DNA of 64,000 nt from an uncultured Verrucomicrobia subdivision 3 bacterium (GTDB taxonomy: Bacteria; Verrucomicrobiota; Verrucomicrobiia; Limisphaerales; UBA11358), in the NCBI GenBank assembly GCA_903842235.1, contig CAIMLG010000162.1:3115-67114 (forward strand), given 5' to 3'. Under the pieces are notes generated by a model, which was not told the origin of the DNA, did no database searches, and saw only the letters and a program-made list of their open reading frames with translations. The number at the start of each line of letters is the position of its first letter. Position 1 is the stretch's first letter. Positions 46,858 to 54,693 of the stretch are shown here, piece by piece. The position numbers and the translations under genes are program-made.

Positions 46858-48956
46858 GGCGCGTTCCCCCTTAACACGATGGCCGCCGCTTCGACGGTGG
46901 CTCCGTCCAGAATGCCAAATCCCAGATCCAACATGATCACCAGCGGATTGCGTTTCAGTAATATCTCCGTTCGCAGTTTTTCATGCGAGACATTCGTCTT
47001 AAACGTGGAACTCACCAGCGCCCCCACATAGCCTTCCGGTTCGATCAGTTGCGTGGCGCGTTCGATGAATGCTGCGTAGATGTCGGACTTGGTCATCGGA
47101 TACGTCTCATCAATGAACTCTTTTACTTCCGGCACAAACGCCCCGTAGGGCGGATTCATCACCACCACGTCGAAAGCCAGGCTCAACACTTCCAGCAATT
47201 TCAGGCCGCGCACCGTGTCTTCGGCAAATAATCGTTGGCGCGGATCGGTCTGGAGTCGCCCGGCCAGTTGGTCCAATCCCAGCAAAAGTTCCGCCCGGAT
47301 GCGGCTCGCTTCGCTTTCCAAAAGCTCCCGCTCCAGCTCCATCTGCTGCACCCGTTCCTTACGCGCCGCGACGTCAATGACGCCTAGATCCATCTGCGGC
47401 GAGGTTTTTGTTTTGATCAGCTTGGTCAGATCTTTCGCCTTGGCTTGCGCTTCTACCCATTCGTCTAACACCCGCGCCACGCCTTCGCCAACTTGCACCA
47501 AGCTGCCCAGTTCACCCACATTTTTTAGATTCAACCACAGGGTCTGGAACAGTTTTTCCCGCAAATCGGCCGCGCCGGATTTATCGCCCACCTGCTGGAT
47601 GAGTTCGCGCAATTGGCCTTCATCCAGCTTGACCGCATTGGCAATCACTAGATTGGACCGTCGGATGCGCACTTCCGTGGGTGGGAAGCCCGCGCGTAGC
47701 GCCGCTTCTTTTGCCGTCAGCATCAGCGAGAGCGAGGCGATTTGGATGGCGCGCGGGTCAATATCAATGCCGTAAAGATTGTTTTCGATGATGGCCGCCG
47801 GAATCTCCTGTGGATTCTTCACCGAGGGTTCCGCCGGCCAGCCCGGTTTCCCCGCGTTCGCGATTTCGTCCAGATACATCTGGTAGAACAAGCCAAAGGC
47901 GTATTGCCCAAAGTGCAGCGTTCCGCACGCCGGATCGAGCAGCTTGATGTCCCGCGCCAGCTTGAACGGCTGGGGATTCCCATACTCGTCAATCCGCCGG
48001 TAACGGATTTTCTCCCCCGTCCGTGGCACCAGGTAATCGGCCACCGGCGGTAAATCCGCCGGGCGCTCTTGCGGCAACGGCGGTGGCCCTTTGCTGGCCA
48101 GCGAGGAATCCGGGTGCATCTGTAGCCACAGCCGCCCCAGCGTATTATCCACCAACACCTTCACCACCCACAGCGGCGTGTAAAACTGGTTGATGACGGA
48201 AAGTTCGTAGGAACTGCGCGGCGTGCCCTTGTTCTCCGCCCGCACCCGGTCCTTCTCATACACGTTGAAAAATTGATAGACCCAACCCAGAAAATCCGCC
48301 GCACGAAATGCCGCAATCGGCAAATCGCTGTTGATGCTCTGGATGGCGCCCTGCAATGCGGCGAAACTCGGCCACAGGCACGCGTAGTCATTGTCGGGAT
48401 CAAACAGCGTGCGGATTTCTTCATTCACCTCGCGGAACGCCGCCATCAGTCCGTCGCGTAGCAGAGACTGTTCGGCGCCAGCGTCGTATTTGTAACGCGA
48501 GCCGCCGGCGGCCCGAAAATCGCGAAGAAAGCGCGAATAAGCCTGGCCCTCCACCGGGGTCAGCACTTCCGTGGCTTCCGGCGCGGCCTCTGGATTTCCC
48601 GGCGGGCGCAGATACAGCAGCCCGCGCGCTTCCATCGCCTTGAGTCCCACCAGTCGGTTGAGCAGCGTATAAGTATGCTCGCGCTTTACCGCGTCAAAAC
48701 CGCGTTGCGGTGTGCCTTCCCCCGCCGTGTCGCGCTCCATCAGCGCCGCCAGCTTTCGGTGGATCAGCAGGTCAGCCGCCGGCAGTGCCAATTTCGCTTC
48801 TTCGGTATGCCGGCCATCCCGCCGGAATCCCAACCGCTTGAGCTGGTCTTCAAAGTCATCTTCTATCAGCCCGCGCAGGCGTGGCACCCATGCTTTGACC
48901 GCCTCCTTATGGGGATCAGATAACACCGCATTCGTCATGGGGGCAAGGTCGTTCAT
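46854..48956 (-). CDS. pglX: N-terminal N6-adenine methyltransferase portion of BREX PglX as a separate ORF
   Basis: LLDPACGTLHFGQYAF (SAM-binding motif I) and VVMNPPYG (motif IV). It stops ~90 aa after NPPY. It lies directly downstream of brxC with a 4-nt overlap. Confidence 0.85.
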   Translation of the reverse strand: MNDLAPMTNAVLSDPHKEAVKAWVPRLRGLIEDDFEDQLKRLGFRRDGRHTEEAKLALPAADLLIHRKLAALMERDTAGEGTPQRGFDAVKREHTYTLLNRLVGLKAMEARGLLYLRPPGNPEAAPEATEVLTPVEGQAYSRFLRDFRAAGGSRYKYDAGAEQSLLRDGLMAAFREVNEEIRTLFDPDNDYACLWPSFAALQGAIQSINSDLPIAAFRAADFLGWVYQFFNVYEKDRVRAENKGTPRSSYELSVINQFYTPLWVVKVLVDNTLGRLWLQMHPDSSLASKGPPPLPQERPADLPPVADYLVPRTGEKIRYRRIDEYGNPQPFKLARDIKLLDPACGTLHFGQYAFGLFYQMYLDEIANAGKPGWPAEPSVKNPQEIPAAIIENNLYGIDIDPRAIQIASLSLMLTAKEAALRAGFPPTEVRIRRSNLVIANAVKLDEGQLRELIQQVGDKSGAADLREKLFQTLWLNLKNVGELGSLVQVGEGVARVLDEWVEAQAKAKDLTKLIKTKTSPQMDLGVIDVAARKERVQQMELERELLESEASRIRAELLLGLDQLAGRLQTDPRQRLFAEDTVRGLKLLEVLSLAFDVVVMNPPYGAFVPEVKEFIDETYPMTKSDIYAAFIERATQLIEPEGYVGALVSSTFKTNVSHEKLRTEILLKRNPLVIMLDLGFGILDGATVEAAAIVLRGNAP

Positions 48957-51900
48957 TTGACTTGGATGGTGAACCCTTCCTTGATGCGCGCCTTTAGTTC
49001 TTTCGCAATTTCTTCCAGCGCGGCGTCCACTTCGGCATCACTGGCAAAGTGCAGTCCCGCCAGCGCGGCGGCGGCGTTCCAGGTATAAACCTTTTGGTCG
49101 GATTTGCGCGGCGGCGTTTTCAGTCCCCGCAATGCTCCTTCCACTTCCGCGCGGTAGGCGGGCAAGGCTTTCAACGACTGCCCCAGCGACGGCAGACTGG
49201 TTTTAGTGGCGGCAGTGATTAGCGCCGAGGTGCTGGTCAGTGTGATGTCCGGATAATGACAGGGTCCGCTCGTGCCAAACGTGGCGTTTACCACCGCGTC
49301 CCGTTGTTCCGCCGGAGCCGCAGCGTAAGCATTGCCGGCCCGGATGGCGGTCACCGTCTCCGTCACCGCCTTCTGCAAAGCCTGATAACTGCCGCGATAC
49401 GCGTCCCGATAGACCTCGTTGATTTTGTCCACGGCGGCGCGATAGTCATTCCAGCGGCCCACCACCGTCTTGTTCGCGATGATGGCTCCGAGGTCCGCCA
49501 GCGATTGATCCAACGCCGCTTTGTCCGGTGTGTCATTGGCCAGCGGATGGTTCTGAACCAGGGTCACCAGTTGCCGCGAGGTTTCAAAATCTTTGTGCCG
49601 GTTGGCCTCCAGAAAAGTCCGCAGCCCATCGAGTCCCGCTTTCAGCGCACGCCATTGGGCGGCCACCTTGAGAAAAGCCAGTGCGGATTTCGTCGGGTCT
49701 TTCAGCGTGGTCGGATTCTTCAGCGCTTCGTCGCACTTCAGGATTTCATCGCCCAGCGGCAGCCCGGCTTCCGCCCGCAGTTGGGCGTCGCGCGCACCTT
49801 CCTGCAATTTGGTGCCCAGTTGCCGGATCGCCCCGGCCAGCGCGTTGCCAGATTCCGGCGTGCCCGTCACGCCCATCGCAATGAGTTCCTTGCTCGCCTG
49901 TTTGATCTGCTCCAAAGTCAGATTGGATTCGGCCAGTCGGAACGTCGTTTTCTCAAACGTCTTGATCTTGACGAAATCATCCAGCGCCTCCTTGTAGTCA
50001 TAAAGCGGGGTCGGCCCGGCAGTGGTCTGCCGCTCCAGGTAAATCGCTCCTGCCCGGAAACACCCGGCCAGCACCAGCCGGACAATTTCTGACGGCCAAC
50101 CGAACGGCGCGCGGGCAAAACCCTTGAATCCTTTGCTGTCCCCTGAATCCAGCAACGCTTCGCCGGTGGGGTTCGTGCCTTCGTCTTCCAAATCTTTGAT
50201 GACTTCCAACGTCGTGGCCACCAGCGCCGATTCCTTGTTCAGGCTGCCTTGCGTGTCGAATAGATAAAGCTCAGGGGCCACTGTATGCAGGGCCGTTTGC
50301 GCCGGATTGAGCACGGCCTTGATTTGCTTCGCAAAATCCACCGGCTTGTCGGCCAGGGCAAAGCGCGGATAGATGTTGGGGATTTGCTGGCTCAGCGCCG
50401 ACTGGATTTCGCCCGCCATGTCTTTCGCGGTTTCCAGATCCACCACCTTGCCACCGTAATAAAGTGTCCCTTGGAGAAACGCCGATTTCAGGTCGCCGGC
50501 CAGCGTGCGCGCCAAATCGTCGCGTTCCTTGCGTTTTTCCGAAAGTGCATCCGCCGTGTCCTTCGAGGGATCATCCGTGAACCGTTTATCACTCGTGATG
50601 TTCAACAGCGATTGATAACGCTTGAGGCGCAACTCCAGCTTTTCTGGGACGCTCGCCACCCACCACGCTTTCCGCCCGTTCGGCCCGGCGGATTGATTCT
50701 GGCTCTTGATTTCCTCCACGGTTGTCTTGCGCCCCGGCGCCAGCGGCCCCACAAACGCCACTTCTAACTCCGGCCCGGTGTCCACGGCTTCGCCGTCCAG
50801 ATAAACCCCATAGCTGAAGGGTGTCTTAGTCGCCCCGTGGGTCACGGCATAATTATTCAGATTTTTCCGCGCGATGACGCTGGCTTTGGTGATCTCCAAG
50901 GATTGCTGCCGGATCGTGGTCTGCGTGATGGAGCGGGAGGTCCCCGGCCGGATCATTTCCTGGATGGCCTGCTCGATGGTGCGTTCGCGCTCATTCAAGT
51001 ATTTCCATTCACCGCTGGTCTCGTCACACGCCACATAACCCGCCTCCTGCAAAGCGATCAGGGTTTCGTCCACTTGCTGCCGGAGGGTCGGCAGATTTTC
51101 ATCCAGCCGGCTGACGAGCAGCTTCGCCAGGTTCTCCGCCGTGCGCGGCACAAAAGTCACGCGCTGGATCAGGTAAAGAACTTTCAAAACCCGGTCGGCG
51201 GGCATAGGCGTCGGTTTGGTCAGGCGTTTGGTGGATTCGTAAATCGCGCGCACCCCGGAGGCGCCCAGATATTCTTGTGACAACAGGTCATTTTCCAGGG
51301 CGTCAAACACTTGGTCAAAGCTCGCAATCGTCCCCACTTCCTGGGCTCCGAGCTTCTGCAATGCCTCCATCACCACCGAGATCATGGACCGCACGCCACC
51401 TGAGATACGGAAACCCGACAGTGCTTCGCCAATGTCCTGCGCCAGTTGAATCTCGTGCGGCAGGAACGGGTAAGCTTCAATAAAGCCTTTCTCCGACAGC
51501 AATCCCAGGCTGCGGCTGGCTTTCAAATCCGAGAGCTGCGCCAAAAACCCTTCATCTTCCAGATAGACTTTCTTCAGCTCTCCCTCGCACGCCGGATGTT
51601 TTTTCAGAATGCGCTCACAGACAACTTTATTGATGCCGTCCGAAATCAAGTGCGGCTTCAATTCAAACCGGGCGTTGAGCCGACCCACCAGCGCCGGTTG
51701 AAAGTTGGTCCGGTCCACCACTTTTTCCAGATCCTGTTGGCTGGTCGCGATGAGCCAGACTTTGCCTTTGCCTTTGTTGCCGATCATTTCGGCCAGGCTG
51801 TTCAGCTCGCCAATTTTGTCGTTCGAATCCCCGATGAAGGTTCCCATCTCGTCAATGACGAAGACCAGATGCTGGACGCGGCCGCCGGTCGGCTTCTGGT

Positions 51901-52693
51901 CGTTGACCCAGGCCACCAGTTCATCGGCGATTCCTTCCGCCGTGATCTTGGTATGGGCGAAGGCGTCATCCATGCCCGTCAGCGCTTCGTCTTCCGTCGG
52001 AAAACTTTTCGGGTCAACCTCGGGCAGCACTTTGGCCAGACGACGGCGCACGGTGGCCAGATCGTCCCGGCCTGGCTCGCTTGCCCATGGCACCCCAAAT
52101 CGTTTTTCAAACGCTTGCGCCAGCTTCTCCAGCAGGCCGCGGCGGGCCAGTCGGCGCTCGAGTTGGGCGATGATGAAATTCTCCGAATAGCCGATGCTGC
52201 GGTAAAACTCGCCCAGCAGAATTTCCCCGACCGAGTTCGGGTTGTTGAGGCTCTGCCGGCTCCGGATTTCAAACGCCACCATCTTGGTGGTCGTCAGCTT
52301 CTTCACCTCGCCGAGCCGCAACCGGATGTCCCGGCCTTTGGGCGAATCAGACAGGTGTTTCTCAAAAACATCAATGCACGAATCGCTGGAACCGTCCTGC
52401 AGCATTTCATTCTGCAACAGGTAGCCCAGGACTTTGGCAAAATGTGATTTGCCCGAACCAAAAAACCCGGATACCCAGATGCCCATCACATCGCGCGCCT
52501 TGCCGCCATGGCGCAACGTCTCGCTCACTTGGGTGAACGTATCAAGGATGCGTTTCAGTTCCTCCTCGATCTTGTCCGTTACGACGTATTCGCGAATTTC
52601 TGCAGCCAGTGCCGAGCGGTCATAAACTTTCACGACCCCTTCGACTTTCACCGCAATGTCCCTTTGGATCAGGTCTTTGATTTTAGTAGCCAT
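48953..52693 (-). CDS. brxC: BREX P-loop ATPase BrxC/PglY
   Basis: 1246 aa with WVSGFFGSGKSHFAKVLGYLL (Walker A) and LVFVIDEMG (Walker B). Its position follows brxB. Confidence 0.9.
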   Translation of the reverse strand: MATKIKDLIQRDIAVKVEGVVKVYDRSALAAEIREYVVTDKIEEELKRILDTFTQVSETLRHGGKARDVMGIWVSGFFGSGKSHFAKVLGYLLQNEMLQDGSSDSCIDVFEKHLSDSPKGRDIRLRLGEVKKLTTTKMVAFEIRSRQSLNNPNSVGEILLGEFYRSIGYSENFIIAQLERRLARRGLLEKLAQAFEKRFGVPWASEPGRDDLATVRRRLAKVLPEVDPKSFPTEDEALTGMDDAFAHTKITAEGIADELVAWVNDQKPTGGRVQHLVFVIDEMGTFIGDSNDKIGELNSLAEMIGNKGKGKVWLIATSQQDLEKVVDRTNFQPALVGRLNARFELKPHLISDGINKVVCERILKKHPACEGELKKVYLEDEGFLAQLSDLKASRSLGLLSEKGFIEAYPFLPHEIQLAQDIGEALSGFRISGGVRSMISVVMEALQKLGAQEVGTIASFDQVFDALENDLLSQEYLGASGVRAIYESTKRLTKPTPMPADRVLKVLYLIQRVTFVPRTAENLAKLLVSRLDENLPTLRQQVDETLIALQEAGYVACDETSGEWKYLNERERTIEQAIQEMIRPGTSRSITQTTIRQQSLEITKASVIARKNLNNYAVTHGATKTPFSYGVYLDGEAVDTGPELEVAFVGPLAPGRKTTVEEIKSQNQSAGPNGRKAWWVASVPEKLELRLKRYQSLLNITSDKRFTDDPSKDTADALSEKRKERDDLARTLAGDLKSAFLQGTLYYGGKVVDLETAKDMAGEIQSALSQQIPNIYPRFALADKPVDFAKQIKAVLNPAQTALHTVAPELYLFDTQGSLNKESALVATTLEVIKDLEDEGTNPTGEALLDSGDSKGFKGFARAPFGWPSEIVRLVLAGCFRAGAIYLERQTTAGPTPLYDYKEALDDFVKIKTFEKTTFRLAESNLTLEQIKQASKELIAMGVTGTPESGNALAGAIRQLGTKLQEGARDAQLRAEAGLPLGDEILKCDEALKNPTTLKDPTKSALAFLKVAAQWRALKAGLDGLRTFLEANRHKDFETSRQLVTLVQNHPLANDTPDKAALDQSLADLGAIIANKTVVGRWNDYRAAVDKINEVYRDAYRGSYQALQKAVTETVTAIRAGNAYAAAPAEQRDAVVNATFGTSGPCHYPDITLTSTSALITAATKTSLPSLGQSLKALPAYRAEVEGALRGLKTPPRKSDQKVYTWNAAAALAGLHFASDAEVDAALEEIAKELKARIKEGFTIQVK

Positions 52694-52700
52694 GAGAAAT

Positions 52701-53240
52701 TTAGTTCTTGATCGAGATTTTTACCGCCAGGTAGTTGCCTCCGTCTGGCTCGTTCATAAAATGCAGTTTGCCTCCGCGCTCTTCGCCGGGAAAGGCAATA
52801 AACATCCGGCACTTTAATTCGCGCAATTGCCGCAACACTTCGCCGAACCGCACCAGCGGAAACAGCGCCACGGTCGCCATCACGAACAGGTTGGTGCCGG
52901 GCGCTTTCTGGGAAACCTCTTGCAGCGACTTGCCCAATGCGGTCTCGGCGCGCTTGGACAGGCTCTGCATCATCAGCCGGTAATTGCGAAACTCATCCTG
53001 CTCCAGGTCGTCGAGCACTTCCTCACTGAAGCAGTCAAATAAAAACTGGCTCAGGTCGAGCACCTCATACGGCACGTCGGCGCTTTTCAAACCCGGCAGG
53101 CAGCGGTCGTAAATCATCTCCCGAAAGTCTAGTTCCTGCTCGGGCGGATAAATCAGGAGCAGCGAATTATCAATGACCACTGCGGCCTTGTCGAAAGGTT
53201 GGCTCGCGGCTGCCGTGATGGTTTTGAGGGCCTCATCCAT
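52701..53240 (-). CDS. brxB: BREX protein BrxB (DUF1788-like)
   Basis: 179 aa with the C-terminal block MFIAFPGEERGGKLHFMNE...NYLAVKI. It holds the canonical position between brxA and brxC. Confidence 0.7.
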   Translation of the reverse strand: MDEALKTITAAASQPFDKAAVVIDNSLLLIYPPEQELDFREMIYDRCLPGLKSADVPYEVLDLSQFLFDCFSEEVLDDLEQDEFRNYRLMMQSLSKRAETALGKSLQEVSQKAPGTNLFVMATVALFPLVRFGEVLRQLRELKCRMFIAFPGEERGGKLHFMNEPDGGNYLAVKISIKN

Positions 53241-53246
53241 AGTTGG

Positions 53247-54023
53247 TTAAATGCCAATTTCCACCACGTCCGCCTGCATTCGGAAGCGCAGTTCCTCTTC
53301 CCGGTTCAATTGCGACAACGCGTCAACGACTTCTTCCGGGGCAATGCCGAGGAGCTTGAATGACTCATGTCGCACCACCGCCAAAGGCGTCACTCGCCGC
53401 AGCCGCAGCGCCGCCAGCAGCAGCCGCACCGGACTGCCGTAAAGCGCCGGGCGCACCGCCAGCTTTTTGGTCGTCCCCGTGGCCAGGCCAAAATCCCGTA
53501 TGCTCGCCAGGTAATGTTGGGCGACCCGCGTCAAGGTGATGGGCGTCCACTCCACAATTTCAGGATGTTCGTTTTTCCCTTGTTGGCGCAGAAAACTTTC
53601 CAGGTCGCCCGTCCGCAACTCACACGGAGCGCGGCGCAACTGCGGGAACAACCATTCCTGGCTGGTGACCATGACCGTCCTGTCATTCAAAGCCAACATG
53701 ACATAAACCGTTAGCGCCCGCTCATGCTCGGAACGGCAGCGCCGCCACTGATCGTGAAAAGCCGAATAGAGGGGATTTTCGGAATTCAGCAGGTAACGGC
53801 CTTTGAGCTCTTGGTAGATTTTTTTTCGGGCCGCGACGGAACCGCGCGCCAGCGCATTGTCGTCCACCACGGCCTGGCGATATTCCGCCAACGACAACCG
53901 GCCCGGCTTGGCCTCCAACAGCACCTGTAAATCAGTGTAGAGCGCCGAGCGCGATGAAAGCCGCGCCAGGCAGGACGAAGCTTCGTCCAAACCCGTAATT
54001 GAATTGGGTAAAACGATATTCAT
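53247..54023 (-). CDS. brxA: BREX protein BrxA (DUF1819-like)
   Basis: 258 aa, helical, first gene of the canonical brxA-brxB-brxC order. The assignment is mainly by position and size. Confidence 0.6.
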   Translation of the reverse strand: MNIVLPNSITGLDEASSCLARLSSRSALYTDLQVLLEAKPGRLSLAEYRQAVVDDNALARGSVAARKKIYQELKGRYLLNSENPLYSAFHDQWRRCRSEHERALTVYVMLALNDRTVMVTSQEWLFPQLRRAPCELRTGDLESFLRQQGKNEHPEIVEWTPITLTRVAQHYLASIRDFGLATGTTKKLAVRPALYGSPVRLLLAALRLRRVTPLAVVRHESFKLLGIAPEEVVDALSQLNREEELRFRMQADVVEIGI

Positions 54024-54025
54024 CC

Positions 54026-54232
54026 CTACGCGTCGCCCTCGCTCTTATTGAGATTGGTTTGTGATGACCCACCCGATCGCACCCAGGCATCCACCTCGGC
54101 CGTTTGAAATTTCCACAGGCGCCCGACTTTATGCGCGGGCATGTTGCGCCGCTCAATCCACTTGTAAACCGTGTCGGGTTTAATGCCCAAGTGGGCGGCA
54201 ATTTCTTCAACGGATAGCCAGCGGGGTTCCAT
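54026..54232 (-). CDS. excisionase-family/MerR-like HTH DNA-binding protein
   Basis: From ATG 54232: MEPRWLSVEEIAAHLGIKPDTVYKWIERRNMPAHKVGRLWKFQTAEVDAWVRSGG, a textbook HTH_17 pattern. It ends 2 nt before brxA. Confidence 0.7.
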   Translation of the reverse strand: MEPRWLSVEEIAAHLGIKPDTVYKWIERRNMPAHKVGRLWKFQTAEVDAWVRSGGSSQTNLNKSEGDA

Positions 54233-54332
54233 TGCCCTCAGTTTAACCACCGGTCCAAAAGGTGTCCAGTTCATCCCAATAAAAACTGGAAAACTGCCCC
54301 TCAAATCGCCTCAACCAGGATCGTCTCATTTT

Positions 54333-54668
54333 TTATTTCGGCAAATGCCCCGCCCATTTCACCGCCTCCCGAACGTGCGGCAATTCCGTTCGCACGTCGT
54401 TGAGAATGGTTTTCTCCAGTTTCAGACATTCATCCAGCACGCGCAATGCATGTTCGCCCATCGCCTTGCTTTCAAATAATTCTGGCAGCCGGTCGCTGAA
54501 ATCCAGGCCGGTCTGGACTTCGCGCGCATCCAGCGGAATGCCCAGGTCGAAGTTGCTCAACAACAGCCCCGTAAACGCGCACGTGAATTTATAGCGCGAC
54601 ACAACTTGCACGGCAAACCGAGCGTTCCGGCCTTTCTTCCGCGTCGCTTCCTCCGCCTCTTCATTCAA
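54333..54668 (-). CDS. small protein with degenerate HNH-like N-terminal block
   Basis: RNARFAVQVVSRYKFTCAFTGLLLSNFDLGIPLDAREV parallels the R-x-x-F-R-x-x-V-x-x-x-Y-x-x-x-C-A-x-x-G...L-E-A-A-H-I block of one HNH family. The catalytic His position reads R-E-V, and the downstream HNH half is absent. Confidence 0.35.
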   Translation of the reverse strand: MNEEAEEATRKKGRNARFAVQVVSRYKFTCAFTGLLLSNFDLGIPLDAREVQTGLDFSDRLPELFESKAMGEHALRVLDECLKLEKTILNDVRTELPHVREAVKWAGHLPK

Positions 54669-54693
54669 TTTCGCGCTCAGGGTTCACAATTTT

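Noticed and set aside
51821-51831. GTTCGAATCCC match to the tRNA-Arg T-arm (also GTTCGAATCC near 29767), considered as possible attR.
   Set aside because: The identity is only 10-11 nt, lies inside well-supported coding sequence (brxC and the 440-aa ORF), and does not extend into the acceptor stem. It is most likely chance.
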